37,691 nt of DNA from Candidatus Heimdallarchaeota archaeon (GCA_016839945.1 JAEOTE010000054.1:1-37691); one strand, 5' to 3'. Counted from the first letter of the stretch, positions 9,782 to 20,296 are shown. Made by a program: numbers and translations. Notes: generated from the letters alone by a model not told the origin.

Positions 9782-9821
9782 TAGAGATATCTCTACTAGT
9801 ATAAATTTAGAACTAGTATAA
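9782..9821. promoter_or_regulatory. Palindrome cluster upstream of iorA
   Basis: Perfect palindrome TAGAGATATCTCTA (9782-9795), followed by ACTAGTATAA twice (9795-9804, 9812-9821). Confidence 0.4.
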
Positions 9822-9855
9822 CTATCTATAATATCGATTACAATGGTTAACGACA

Positions 9856-11766
9856 ATGAAAGCAGCAGATTCTAAAACAGATATAGATGTAGTTGAAGGA
9901 GAGGGGGAAGAAGTTCAGTTACTTATGGGTAACAGAGCAGTTGTTCAAGGTTTACTTGAAGCTAAAGTTGGCTTAACTACTGCTTATCCGGGAACTCCAA
10001 GCACTGAAATTCAAATGCAATTGTATAAGTTGCATCAAAAAGGGCAGCTTTATTTTGAGTTTTCAGTCAATGAAAAAGTAGCTTTTGAGATTGCAGGAGC
10101 AGCTGCACTTTCTGGTGTTCGATCAGCTGTAATAATGAAACATGTGGGATTGAATGTTGCCTCAGATTCATTAATGGCTCTTGCATATTTTGGAGTTATA
10201 GGAGGAATGGTAGTTGTTGTTGTTGATGACCCAGGATGTTTGTCTAGTCAAAATGAACAAGATTCTAGATTCTGGGGAAAATTCTCACACTTACCAATTT
10301 TGGAACCCTCAACTTCTCAAGAAATTAAAGACACAATAGTTCAAGCTTATGAATTATCTGAAAAGTATAACACAATAATCTTAGTTCGATTAACAAGCTT
10401 TACTTCATTAAATACTGCAGAAGTTAAGATGAAAGTTGTTGAAGAGAAGTTAGCAAAAGATGGTGACTTCTTCAAGGATATAAGATATGCACTTCCAGCA
10501 AGGTATGTTCTCCACAAAGGTTTGCATGCCATTCTTGAACAAATAAAAGAGGATGAGGACTTTTTAGGAAATAATGAGCTTAAATATGGAGATTCAATAT
10601 CTGATAGATTGATCATCACTCAAGGTGCTATCTATCCAATGGTTGAATACATGAGAAACCTCAATAATTTAGACATTCCTATTTTGAAGATAAATGCAAT
10701 TCATCCTTTAAATGAAAAACAAATTGGTGAATTTCTTAAGAAATACAAATACATCTACTTCGTTGAGGAACTTGAAAGCTATCTAGAAAGTGAAATATTA
10801 AGTATAATTGGTAAATACAACTTAAATTTGAAAGTATTTGGGAAAGAACAACTTGCTATTCCTGAAGAAAATAGAATTTTACCCGATGTATTAAGTGAAG
10901 CTTTCAAGAGGATTGCTACAGATCCGAATAATGAAGAAATATTTAAGGTTAAACCTCCAGTGCCATCTCCATATGCACATGTTTTTGGAAGAGTAGATCA
11001 ATTAATCCCCAGAACAATTCCACGTTTATGTGATGGTTGCTGTCATAGAGGTGCGTTCTATTCAATAAAGAGAGCAACTAAGAAAACAGACATAATTCCT
11101 TCTGATATAGGCTGTTACGCCTTAGGACAAGTGTTTCCTGTAGATATAGGAGATTTCTGGCTATGTATGGGAGCAAGCATAGGAACAGCAATAGGATTCT
11201 CATTAACAAATGATAAGCCTGTAGTAGCAGTTATAGGAGATGGAACATTCTTCCATGCAGGTATTCCTCCTCTTATTGACGCTGTTCTTTATAATCACAA
11301 CATTACAGTAGCGATTCTAAATAACTCTCTTACAGCTATGACTGGAGGACAACCCACTCCCAGCTCAGATGAGAAAAAAGCAAAAAATCAAAGACAGCTA
11401 GATATTGAGCAGGTAGTTCGAGGTTTAGGAGTTGAATATGTAAAATCAGTAAGAGTTGAAGACACAAAAGAAAATACCAAGATATTTAGAGAAGCAATGG
11501 CTCATGAAGGACCTTCAGTTGTAATTTTTAATGGTGAATGTGTTGTTGAGCTTTACAGACATAGTTTGGATTTAGGTGAAGCACCATATGTTGATGAAGA
11601 GCTCTGCAATATGTGTGGAACATGTTTTATTGAATTCTCTTGTCCTTCAATCATAAAGAAGGATGGTCAGATTGTTATTAGAGAAGATACGTGCACTGCA
11701 TGTAATATTTGTGTAGGAGTTTGCCCTCAAACTGCAATTATTCCTCGCAAGAAGAAGAAGGTGTAA
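9856..11766 (+). CDS. iorA: Indolepyruvate:ferredoxin oxidoreductase alpha subunit
   Basis: 'AYPGTPSTEI', 'NEKVAFE', 'MKHVGLNVA', 'SSQNEQD', TPP motif 'IGDGTFFH...NN..TAMTGGQ', two C-terminal 4Fe-4S motifs. Confidence 0.95.
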   Translation: MKAADSKTDIDVVEGEGEEVQLLMGNRAVVQGLLEAKVGLTTAYPGTPSTEIQMQLYKLHQKGQLYFEFSVNEKVAFEIAGAAALSGVRSAVIMKHVGLNVASDSLMALAYFGVIGGMVVVVVDDPGCLSSQNEQDSRFWGKFSHLPILEPSTSQEIKDTIVQAYELSEKYNTIILVRLTSFTSLNTAEVKMKVVEEKLAKDGDFFKDIRYALPARYVLHKGLHAILEQIKEDEDFLGNNELKYGDSISDRLIITQGAIYPMVEYMRNLNNLDIPILKINAIHPLNEKQIGEFLKKYKYIYFVEELESYLESEILSIIGKYNLNLKVFGKEQLAIPEENRILPDVLSEAFKRIATDPNNEEIFKVKPPVPSPYAHVFGRVDQLIPRTIPRLCDGCCHRGAFYSIKRATKKTDIIPSDIGCYALGQVFPVDIGDFWLCMGASIGTAIGFSLTNDKPVVAVIGDGTFFHAGIPPLIDAVLYNHNITVAILNNSLTAMTGGQPTPSSDEKKAKNQRQLDIEQVVRGLGVEYVKSVRVEDTKENTKIFREAMAHEGPSVVIFNGECVVELYRHSLDLGEAPYVDEELCNMCGTCFIEFSCPSIIKKDGQIVIREDTCTACNICVGVCPQTAIIPRKKKKV

Positions 11767-11769
11767 GAA

Positions 11770-12393
11770 ATGAGTGGTAACGAAAATAAACCAATAAATA
11801 TTGCAATCGTAGGTTTAGGTGGTCAAGGAGTTATAACTCTTGCAAAGTTAATAGCAAACACCAATTTTATGTTAGGAAAGAAAGTATGCTATAATGAGCA
11901 GCATGGTTTGTCTCAAAGAGGGGGATCAGTTCAATCTTCTATAAGAATAAATGAAGCTGATAATCCTCTCTTTGCTGCTAAAGATACTGACTTTATAATA
12001 GGTCTAGAAAAGCTAGAAACTCTTCGATATCTATATTTAGCTAAAGAAGCTAAACCTAAAGTTTTAGTCTCAAATAGATACGATATAAGAACAACATCTG
12101 ATCTTGGTTTGGAAATGTTTCCAGAAAGTGATGATATTGATAAAGAGATATTGAAATATTCCTCTGCTACTTACATCTTTGATGCATTAGGCTTTGAAGC
12201 TAGTGTAAAATCAAAATTAAAACCAGTTAATGTAGCTGTTTTCTCTGTTTTGACCACATTCCCAGAATTAGGATTACCAACTGGAAAAGCAGAAGATTAT
12301 GTTATGGAATATCTAGGAAGAAATATCCTCTTGAAGCAAATAAATAAGAAAGCTTTCAAAGAGGGTCCAAAATGGATGAAGAAGGTGGAGTGA
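11770..12393 (+). CDS. iorB: Indolepyruvate:ferredoxin oxidoreductase beta subunit
   Basis: 'GLGGQGVI', 'HGLSQRGGSV', adjacent to iorA. Confidence 0.9.
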   Translation: MSGNENKPINIAIVGLGGQGVITLAKLIANTNFMLGKKVCYNEQHGLSQRGGSVQSSIRINEADNPLFAAKDTDFIIGLEKLETLRYLYLAKEAKPKVLVSNRYDIRTTSDLGLEMFPESDDIDKEILKYSSATYIFDALGFEASVKSKLKPVNVAVFSVLTTFPELGLPTGKAEDYVMEYLGRNILLKQINKKAFKEGPKWMKKVE

Positions 12394-12398
12394 AAGAT

Positions 12399-13436
12399 AT
12401 GAAAATTGTAGTTGTTGGTCCAGGTGCTATTGGTTGTGCAGTAGCAGCTAGTGTTGCTCAAGAAGATACAGAAGTTTTCATTTTAGGTAGAGAGAGACAT
12501 AAAGAGTACTTCAAGAAAAATCCTGTAGTATACAAAAGTTATACAGGAGATTTTAGTTCTAAAGTAGAAGCTATCACAGTAGATGATTTAAAAAATGGTA
12601 ATGTAAAACCTGATGCGCTTTTCATAACATTGAAAGCAAATCCTACATTGGCTTTTGTTAAAGATTTAGAGGATGCATTGTCAAAAGATACTCATATTGT
12701 TTCACTTCAAAATGGTTTTACCGCACAAGATCTTTTTGATAAAACAAAGTTCGAGAATGTTTATCCCTGTGTAATCGGTTTCAATGTTCTTCTTGAAAAT
12801 GATGGAGTTGCAGTTCAAACTACTGATGGAGATATCATCGTAGGAAAACTTACAGCTGATATGTCTCCAGAGAAAGGCAAAGATGTCCCTGAATTTATTG
12901 TAAATGCTCTTTCTAAAATAGCTCCTACCTCAATCTCTGATAATATCGTTAGTGATGTTTGGATGAAAGTTATGATTAATTGTACAATTAATCCAATTTG
13001 TGCAATCGGTAACTTTGCGCTTGGAGAAATTGCATCTGACGTTTCTGGTCTCACATTAGCTTTGTGGACATGGAAAGAGTTAATCCATGTTGTTGATGCC
13101 TTGGAACTTAAGCTCAATCCATTCCAAGGAAGACTTTATCCTGAGATGCTTTATAATTATGACATAATCAGTTTTGGGATTGCAAGAACAGTAGTTACAA
13201 GAATGACAAGGGAAAACAAGGACGCAATAGTGTCAACTTTGCAAGATATACGAAATAACAAAACAACTGAAATAGACTATCTAAATGGTAAAGTAGTAGA
13301 GCTTGGAAAAGAATACAATGTAAAGATGCCTATTAATGAACTCCTAATTGAAACAATCAAGAAGCTAGAAAAAGGTGAATTAAAACCTTCAAAAGGATTG
13401 ATCAAGAAGCTCTATAATCAGATAGTTCTGAGTTAG
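12399..13436 (+). CDS. panE: Ketopantoate reductase (PanE/ApbA) family
   Basis: 'VVGPGAIG', 'SLQNG', 'WMKVMINCTINP', 'STLQDI...TEIDYLNG'. The start is placed at the ATG of MKIVVVG. Confidence 0.8.
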   Translation: MKIVVVGPGAIGCAVAASVAQEDTEVFILGRERHKEYFKKNPVVYKSYTGDFSSKVEAITVDDLKNGNVKPDALFITLKANPTLAFVKDLEDALSKDTHIVSLQNGFTAQDLFDKTKFENVYPCVIGFNVLLENDGVAVQTTDGDIIVGKLTADMSPEKGKDVPEFIVNALSKIAPTSISDNIVSDVWMKVMINCTINPICAIGNFALGEIASDVSGLTLALWTWKELIHVVDALELKLNPFQGRLYPEMLYNYDIISFGIARTVVTRMTRENKDAIVSTLQDIRNNKTTEIDYLNGKVVELGKEYNVKMPINELLIETIKKLEKGELKPSKGLIKKLYNQIVLS

Positions 13437-13530
13437 AGTTTCTTCACAAAAGAGTTTCATGAGTTAAATTTTTTAACTAAGAGGTACACTTAAGTGTGAG
13501 AAATTTTGAAAATATAATATAAAATTAGAA

Positions 13531-13863
13531 GTGATAAATTTGAAGATTGCAGAATTAGAACCAGATAAGAATTTTGACATTGTCAAAGTAAGAATTATAT
13601 CAAAACAAGGACCTCGTCAAGTTGAAGCTAGAGGACAAACATTGTTTGTTTGGGATATTTTAGTAGTTGATGATACAGACTCAATAGTCTTAACCTTATG
13701 GGGTGCTCAAGCAGGAGAGAAATACAACGTAGGAGACATTGTAACTATTGAAAATGGCTGGTGTAAAATGTTTCAAGACAAAAAACAAATCACCTTAGGT
13801 CGAAATGGAAAAATGTTTCCTGCTGAAGATGATCCAAGCATTCCAACAAGCGTTCCTGAATAA
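13531..13863 (+). CDS. Single OB-fold ssDNA-binding protein (SSB/RPA-like)
   Basis: 'KIAELEP...DDTDSIVLTLWG...GDIVTIENGW...QITLGRNG' fits an archaeal single-OB SSB. Confidence 0.8.
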   Translation: MINLKIAELEPDKNFDIVKVRIISKQGPRQVEARGQTLFVWDILVVDDTDSIVLTLWGAQAGEKYNVGDIVTIENGWCKMFQDKKQITLGRNGKMFPAEDDPSIPTSVPE

Positions 13864-13877
13864 AAGAGAAAAGAAAT

Positions 13878-14753
13878 TTAGATTTCTTTTTCAAATGTTG
13901 TACCTTTTCCATCAAACTTGAAACCATATTTCTCATAGGTGGGAATGATATTTTTAGTTTGATGATTGAAGAACATTTGTAATCTTTCTACTCCTTTTTC
14001 TTTACTTTTTTCTACAATTTCTGCTAACAATGCTTTCTTTACTTCATCTTCTCCAAAAATATATCCATTAATCGCTAGTTTGGGATCATCTGTAAGATAA
14101 GCTAAAGCTCTACCAACTATCTTGTCATCTTTTCGAACGATTAAATGAGCAATCACTCCATCAAAATTCTTAATAGTTTCAAAATTTTGCTTAGCTGCTT
14201 CTTCTGTGTAACCATATTTTTTCATAAAAATCTCTACCATTGGTTCAACATCTTTTTCGTAATCAAATGATAGAACTTCTATTTTGTCATCTTTTTCTAT
14301 TGAGAGATCTTTTACATTTGCTAAATAAATATAGAAACTATCATCTCTCTTCTTGAAATTCCATTTTTTGACTAATTCTAATGCATTCCCCCAATGGTCT
14401 GAAGCTTCAGCTCTTATCTTCTTAATTCCTTTTTTCTTAAAAACCTCAACTATTTCGTTAAATAGTAGTTCTTCTGCATCTTTATGTTCAGAAATAACAA
14501 AAGGTAGTCTAAGAAATCCAAATTTTTCTTCTTCTGTTTCAGTAACTGCAGCTGTCAAAAATCCAACAAGTTTGTCATCCTTAAAACAGTATAATCTTGT
14601 TTCTGGATCAAAACCCTCTTGAGAGTATGCTTGCTTTAATTGTTCAACAGGTGTTTGACCAAAATATTTCCAATCTTTAACTACTTCTGATCCTACCTTA
14701 AACTGATTTTCAATAAACTCTTCTTGGTATTGTTTAATTATATATTCTGACAT
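13878..14753 (-). CDS. Tandem GNAT-fold N-acetyltransferase
   Basis: Two GNAT-like halves: 'DDKLVGFL', 'DDKIVGRA', 'YEKYGF'. Confidence 0.7.
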   Translation of the reverse strand: MSEYIIKQYQEEFIENQFKVGSEVVKDWKYFGQTPVEQLKQAYSQEGFDPETRLYCFKDDKLVGFLTAAVTETEEEKFGFLRLPFVISEHKDAEELLFNEIVEVFKKKGIKKIRAEASDHWGNALELVKKWNFKKRDDSFYIYLANVKDLSIEKDDKIEVLSFDYEKDVEPMVEIFMKKYGYTEEAAKQNFETIKNFDGVIAHLIVRKDDKIVGRALAYLTDDPKLAINGYIFGEDEVKKALLAEIVEKSKEKGVERLQMFFNHQTKNIIPTYEKYGFKFDGKGTTFEKEI

Positions 14754-14812
14754 GACTTGATAAAATCATAGGTATTTATAAAATTCTGCTCCTTTAACTG
14801 AAACAGAACTCT

Positions 14813-15169
14813 CTAGCATGTTAAGTGAAGTGCAGCTGCTACAATTTTATTTTCTTTTACTAGTTTATTATACTCTTCTACTGCTTCAGATGTTTTTTTA
14901 GCAACAACTACAATATTTCTTTCATTCAGCTTTTGAATGACATCAGAAGGAACATTCATCTTACCATAAGAACCAGTACCAACAACTAAAACATCTATTT
15001 TTTTCTCATCAAGAATAGCTAAATCCTCTAAATGCAGAGAATGACCGTCTTTTCTCCACCATTTAGTTTTTATTTCATCGGGAAAGATAATTAAATCTCT
15101 AGAAAATGTTTCACCACCCACAACAATCTTACCAAAGCGATATTTGTCTATGGTATTCATTTTATTCAC
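14813..15169 (-). CDS. Mth938-like (DUF498) protein
   Basis: 'YRFGKIVVGG..F.RDLII', 'WWRKDGHSL', 'VVGTGSYG', C-terminal 'LHLTC'. Confidence 0.9.
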   Translation of the reverse strand: MNKMNTIDKYRFGKIVVGGETFSRDLIIFPDEIKTKWWRKDGHSLHLEDLAILDEKKIDVLVVGTGSYGKMNVPSDVIQKLNERNIVVVAKKTSEAVEEYNKLVKENKIVAAALHLTC

Positions 15170-15270
15170 ATTTATTGGTTTAAAATTTTAATATGTAGAC
15201 ATTGGGATATCTTTAATTAATACTTCCTATCAATATTCACATAGCCAGAATTAAATAAAAAGGTGAAAAA

Positions 15271-16053
15271 ATGGAACCATTTGTAGTTACAATAATTATA
15301 GCTGTATGTTCTGTAATTGGTGGTATTATTGTTATCTTGCTATTAGCAGGAATAAGAATAACAATGGAATATGAACGACTTGTAGTTTTTAGATTGGGGC
15401 ACTATAAACGAACCATTGGACCTGGTTTAGTCTATGTAACACCAATAGTAGAATCAGCAAGAAAAGTTGATCTGAGGATTATTACGCAAGATATTCCCAG
15501 ACAAGAAGTCATGACAAAAGATAACATTCCAGTTTTAGCTAATACTGTTGTTTACTTCAAGGTTGAGAGACCTGCTGATGCAGTAATTAAAATAGAGAAT
15601 TATGTTTACGCAGTTAGACAATATACCCAAGCAGCATTACGAGATACAATGGGGACTATGGAACTCGATCAGGTGTTAATAGAACGTGATAGGATTGCTA
15701 ACGATATACGACAAATTGTTGATAAGGAAACCAGTGAATGGGGAATTGACATTCAAAGCATTAAAATCCAAGAAATTGAATTGCCAGCTGAAATGAAACG
15801 AGCTTTTGCTAAACAAGCTGAAGCTGAAAGAGAAAAACGAGCTGTTATTATTCAATCCGAAGGAGAAGCAATTGCTGCCAAGAATCTTGCAGCTGCTGCT
15901 CAAATGCTATCTAAAGAAAGAGGCGCACTAGCTCTTAGAACATTGCAAACCATAAGAGATATAGCTCAAGATCCAAGTGAAAAAATTGTTATATTTATGC
16001 CTAATGACCTTTCTGAAGGAATAACTGAAATTGTTAAGAAAACCAAAAAATAA
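15271..16053 (+). CDS. SPFH/stomatin-like (slipin) protein
   Basis: 'EYERLVVFRLG', 'VDLRI', 'QEVMTKDN', 'QAEAEREKRA', 'LRTLQT'. Confidence 0.92.
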   Translation: MEPFVVTIIIAVCSVIGGIIVILLLAGIRITMEYERLVVFRLGHYKRTIGPGLVYVTPIVESARKVDLRIITQDIPRQEVMTKDNIPVLANTVVYFKVERPADAVIKIENYVYAVRQYTQAALRDTMGTMELDQVLIERDRIANDIRQIVDKETSEWGIDIQSIKIQEIELPAEMKRAFAKQAEAEREKRAVIIQSEGEAIAAKNLAAAAQMLSKERGALALRTLQTIRDIAQDPSEKIVIFMPNDLSEGITEIVKKTKK

Positions 16054-16064
16054 GAGGGAAAGAC

Positions 16065-16733
16065 TTGCTCGAACCCAATACTCGCTATATACAAATAGCA
16101 TTCAATCGCGATGCTTCTCAAGTGAGAAGGATTTTACCAAAGATCCCATATGATCCTAGAATAATTATTGAAGCAGGAACTCCATACATAAAATTAACTG
16201 GAGCAGCAGGTATTCGATTGATAAGAAGAATGTGGAAAGGTATGGTTGTTGCTGATCTCAAAGTAACTGATGGAGCAGTTAGAGAGATTTTGTTTGCAAG
16301 CAGATCTGGTGCAAATGCAGTTACAGTGATGGGTTCAGCTCCAACTGTAACTATAGATTTATTCAACGCTAATTGTGCTAGACTTGGTGTATATTCTATG
16401 ATAGATATGTTAGGTGTCACTGATCCACTTCGAAAACTCCTTCCTCTGAGAAATAAACCCGATTTTATTGTTATCCATAAAGGAAGAGATGAAGAAGCTG
16501 ATGCTCGAAGTATAATACGTTACAAGGATATTTCTAAAGTGCATTCCAAGTATAAAACATTCATTGCAGTTGCAGGTGGTTTAGAACCACACAGTGTTAG
16601 ATCAGCTTTTTTCAATGGAGCTGATGTAGCTGTCTTGAATGTAATTGCAGCAGATGATCCAAATGCAGGATTACATGAAAACGATGATTTCCCAAATCTA
16701 ATTCCTGCGATTCTTCGGGAAGTAGGAAAATAG
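16065..16733 (+). CDS. OMP decarboxylase/hexulose-6-phosphate synthase (HUMPS) family TIM barrel
   Basis: 'IIEAGTP', 'ADLKVTDG', 'HKGRD', 'AVAGG'. Confidence 0.8.
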   Translation: MLEPNTRYIQIAFNRDASQVRRILPKIPYDPRIIIEAGTPYIKLTGAAGIRLIRRMWKGMVVADLKVTDGAVREILFASRSGANAVTVMGSAPTVTIDLFNANCARLGVYSMIDMLGVTDPLRKLLPLRNKPDFIVIHKGRDEEADARSIIRYKDISKVHSKYKTFIAVAGGLEPHSVRSAFFNGADVAVLNVIAADDPNAGLHENDDFPNLIPAILREVGK

Positions 16734-16755
16734 ATTTTTTTCTTTCTTTTTTATT

Positions 16756-17613
16756 TTAACAATCAAATTCTATTGTTGTTCCCACAGAACAATTTCTAAC
16801 AATATTATTTCCAAATTCCTTCTTCATCATACGGATTGCTTTAGTTCCTGTACTATGATTAAGATATAATATCGGACTTTTAAGTTCCCGTTTAATATTA
16901 TTAATGACTTGTTCGACTTTCTGTTTTCTGGAAAAAACCATATGCACTCCCCCAATTACTGCATGAATGTCGTCATTAAAAAGCTCCTTTGCTTTGTTGC
17001 ATGTATTTAGTAGTCCAGAATGACAACAACCAGTTATCAATACAAGACCCTCAGAAGTTTGAAGCACTATAGATTGATCATCGATGACTGTATCATATCC
17101 CCACGAACCATTTGTTTTACATTTGTAGTGTCTGGAAAGATTCTGGACATTGGTTCTTTCCTTCAGAGAAATTTCACCTGTAGTGAAAAGTTTGGAGGTA
17201 ATTTGAATAGATTCTTTGCTAAAGATGAGCTGAACTTTTTCTTCTATTTCAGGTTCAAAAATAGGAAAGCCTGCATTCCACATTTTTCTACTTCTAATAA
17301 ATGAATACCTTTGAATTGTTGCATCAGGATGAGTAAATATAGGTAGTTTATTTGTAGTAGTTCTAGCGTTAACAAGACCAATCAAACCTCTAACATGATC
17401 CATGTGACCATGAGTGAGAAAAACTTTGTCAATTTCATTTGGATTTATATTGAGTTTCTTCATATTGTAAATTAAACGCCATCCTATCAAACCTAAATCA
17501 GAAATTATTTGCTCTTTATTTATTGATATGTGAAAAGACACTCCATTTAATCCACCAAGATTTCGCCATTTGAAAAATTGAGAATCATAGACCGTCGTAA
17601 TTTTAACTTTCAT
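16756..17613 (-). CDS. MBL-fold metallo-hydrolase (COG1237-like)
   Basis: 'THGHMDH', 'TTGEI', 'DDQSI', 'TGCCHSG', 'IGGVH'. Confidence 0.85.
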   Translation of the reverse strand: MKVKITTVYDSQFFKWRNLGGLNGVSFHISINKEQIISDLGLIGWRLIYNMKKLNINPNEIDKVFLTHGHMDHVRGLIGLVNARTTTNKLPIFTHPDATIQRYSFIRSRKMWNAGFPIFEPEIEEKVQLIFSKESIQITSKLFTTGEISLKERTNVQNLSRHYKCKTNGSWGYDTVIDDQSIVLQTSEGLVLITGCCHSGLLNTCNKAKELFNDDIHAVIGGVHMVFSRKQKVEQVINNIKRELKSPILYLNHSTGTKAIRMMKKEFGNNIVRNCSVGTTIEFDC

Positions 17614-17703
17614 GCATTATCCTCAAACACTATTTGTAACCATTCTTTAAATTTACCCAAAACGCTTTAATTATTAAAGAAAAAATAACAACTTAGTGAT
17701 TTA

Positions 17704-18549
17704 ATGAAAGCATTCATATCAGTTGATCTAGAAGGACTTCCTTTTGTTGTTACTCTTGGTCATTTAAATCTTAAGGGCTCTTTATTCAAAGAAGCTAGGG
17801 AAATAGCTACTAAATTAACTTTAGCAGTTACTGATGAATTACATAAGAATGGTTATGATAAGATAATTATAGCAGATAGTCATGGTCCTGCAATCAATCT
17901 ACTTGTTGAAGATTTACCAGAATGTGTAGAATTAGTTAGAGGAACCCCTCGTCCAATTAGCATGGTTGCTGGAGTAGAGGGATGTGATGTCGCTATTTTC
18001 ATAGGATATCATGCGAAGTTTGGAACAGAAAAATCAACATTCGACCACACCTATAGTGGTGGAAGCATTCACAAACTTGAAGTAAATGATATCGTAGTAA
18101 GTGAGTTTCTATTGAATGGATATACTGCAGGAGAATTAGGTGTTCCTGTTATCCTTGTAGCAGGAGATGCTCAGCTTTTAGAAGACGATGTAAAAAAACA
18201 CGCTCCATGGGCAGAACCAGTAATCCTTAAACATTCCTTAAGCAGATTTGCTGCTAGAAGTCCAAGTTTAGTGCAAATAGAGAAAGAACTACGTGAAGCT
18301 GTTAATAAAGCAATAATTAATGTAAAGGAAAACAACGTCAAACCGTTAGTAACAAAAAAACCAGTGAAATTAACTGTAACATTAAGAGATACTCACCAAA
18401 CAGATGTAGTTTCATTATTACCAATAATAAAACGAGTTGATGCTCTCACTGTTGAATATATATCCACCGATATGGTTGAAGCTTACAAAACATTTCAAGC
18501 AATAGTGTACCTTGCATCAGCTGCTTCTAACATGCTGAAACATATGTAA
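17704..18549 (+). CDS. dppA: M55 family D-aminopeptidase
   Basis: 'ISVDLEG', 'DSHG', 'GYHAK', 'HTY', 'VSEF', 'AGD'. Confidence 0.9.
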   Translation: MKAFISVDLEGLPFVVTLGHLNLKGSLFKEAREIATKLTLAVTDELHKNGYDKIIIADSHGPAINLLVEDLPECVELVRGTPRPISMVAGVEGCDVAIFIGYHAKFGTEKSTFDHTYSGGSIHKLEVNDIVVSEFLLNGYTAGELGVPVILVAGDAQLLEDDVKKHAPWAEPVILKHSLSRFAARSPSLVQIEKELREAVNKAIINVKENNVKPLVTKKPVKLTVTLRDTHQTDVVSLLPIIKRVDALTVEYISTDMVEAYKTFQAIVYLASAASNMLKHM

Positions 18550-18555
18550 TAATCC

Positions 18556-19458
18556 TTAACTTGTTAATTGTAATTTCTCTTCAATTGTATTTGCAATTTT
18601 GAGAAGTGTTTCTTGTATCTCTTTTTCCTCTTTATTTCTTGATTCCATTTCAATTACGGTTTTCTTCTCAATCATTGCACTTGTAAAAATATGATTGTGA
18701 GGAATACTTGCAATTACTGGAGATTTCTCTTTACAGATTTCTTCAATCTCTTTAGTAATATTTGAGTTAATATCGGCTTTGTTAACAATAACATAGGCTC
18801 TTATTCGAAACTGCTCCAAAAGTGTTAAGACTCGCTCTAGATCATGCTTTCCAGAAATTGTTGGTTCAGTTACAACTAGTGCTAAATCAGATCCGGTAAT
18901 TGAACTAATTACTGGACAACCTATTCCTGGAGAACCATCAATTAATATGAGCTCTCTATTGAGTTCCTTAGCTACTTCATTGGCTTTCTTTCTTACTTCT
19001 GCAACCAATAATCCTGAACTTTCTTCTCCTGGTTTGAGCTTTGCATGAACCATCTTCCCAATTCTAGTTTCTGAAATGAAATAATGACCTGAAACATTTT
19101 CTTTCATCATCACTGCTGATTCAGGACAAACATGGTAACATAAGCTGCATCCTTCACACTTGAATGGTTGCACAAAGAAATCAGGATCTATTGCATCAAA
19201 TCTGCAAGAATCTCTGCATATGTTACATTTTGTACATACATTGAGATCAATTTCTGCTTTTTTCAAACCACAATATTCATGAGTAAATGATTCCCTAGGC
19301 GTAAAAATTAAATACAGATCAGCTGCATCAACATCTGCGTCAGCAAGTACTATTTTATCCTTCATAATGTGTGCTAAAGAAGCTATAATCGATGATTTAC
19401 CTGTACCTCCTTTTCCAGAAATTACAGTCAGCTGTTTTGTCTTACTCTGGCTATTCAT
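18556..19458 (-). CDS. MinD-superfamily P-loop ATPase with inserted 2x[4Fe-4S] ferredoxin domain (COG1149)
   Basis: 'SGKGGTGK', 'DADVD', two CxxCxxCxxxC motifs, 'DGSPGIGCPV', 'EPT'. Confidence 0.92.
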   Translation of the reverse strand: MNSQSKTKQLTVISGKGGTGKSSIIASLAHIMKDKIVLADADVDAADLYLIFTPRESFTHEYCGLKKAEIDLNVCTKCNICRDSCRFDAIDPDFFVQPFKCEGCSLCYHVCPESAVMMKENVSGHYFISETRIGKMVHAKLKPGEESSGLLVAEVRKKANEVAKELNRELILIDGSPGIGCPVISSITGSDLALVVTEPTISGKHDLERVLTLLEQFRIRAYVIVNKADINSNITKEIEEICKEKSPVIASIPHNHIFTSAMIEKKTVIEMESRNKEEKEIQETLLKIANTIEEKLQLTS

Positions 19459-19459
19459 T

Positions 19460-20296
19460 TTAGACCATCTCCTTTATTTCTAGAGCAAGCTGTGTGAAGT
19501 CATCCTGCCACTTAGGAAATGCTTGTACCAAAGTTTTACCTAAAGAATATTGTCTAGCAATTTCCAAATCAAAAGGTATTTTCATTAGAATGGATATCTG
19601 TTCTTTGTCACAATATTCCTCCATTTCCTCATTTCCCATTCCATCCTTGTTTATTATTACACCAAATTTCTTGCCTAATTGTCTAAGAGCTTCTACTACA
19701 ATCTTCATATCAGAAAGACCAAATGGAGTAGGTTCGCCTATCAACAGAACAAAATCAGTATCAATTACAGTTTCGACCATTGAACATGAAGAACCAGGAG
19801 GAGAATCAAAAATAACAAAATCTCTATCTTCTTTAACAAACTCTTTCAACTTTGTTATTACTGGTGTTGCTAACTCTTCACCAACAATAAGCTCACCATA
19901 GTTAAAAAGAAGGTTCTGTTCTCTTCCTGAATAAATAGTACCTATAGGTCTATACCTTTCAGTTATGGCATTAACAGGACACACTGCAGAACAAACCCCG
20001 CAACCATGACATATTTTTTCAAAAAGAAGAACTTCTCCTGGAAGATTTGCTAGTGCATTATACTCACAACTATCACTGCACTTTCCACAGAGTGTACATG
20101 TCTCCTTATCTATAACAGGAACAGGGATCTCTGCTTTATCAATAGGTTGAACTCGATGACAAAGAAATAGAGCACTGTTAGGTTCTTCTACGTCTGCATC
20201 TAAGAGTTGAACATTTTTGAGCGATAAAGCTAAGCTCGTGGCAACCAAAGTTTTACCTGTTCCACCTTTTCCTGAAACTATAGCTATCTGAACCAT
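19460..20296 (-). CDS. MinD-superfamily P-loop ATPase with inserted ferredoxin domain (COG1149), second paralog
   Basis: 'SGKGGTGKT', 'DADVEEPN', ferredoxin motifs, 'DSPPGSSC', 'EPTPFG'. The start was trimmed to MVQIAIV. Confidence 0.92.
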   Translation of the reverse strand: MVQIAIVSGKGGTGKTLVATSLALSLKNVQLLDADVEEPNSALFLCHRVQPIDKAEIPVPVIDKETCTLCGKCSDSCEYNALANLPGEVLLFEKICHGCGVCSAVCPVNAITERYRPIGTIYSGREQNLLFNYGELIVGEELATPVITKLKEFVKEDRDFVIFDSPPGSSCSMVETVIDTDFVLLIGEPTPFGLSDMKIVVEALRQLGKKFGVIINKDGMGNEEMEEYCDKEQISILMKIPFDLEIARQYSLGKTLVQAFPKWQDDFTQLALEIKEMV

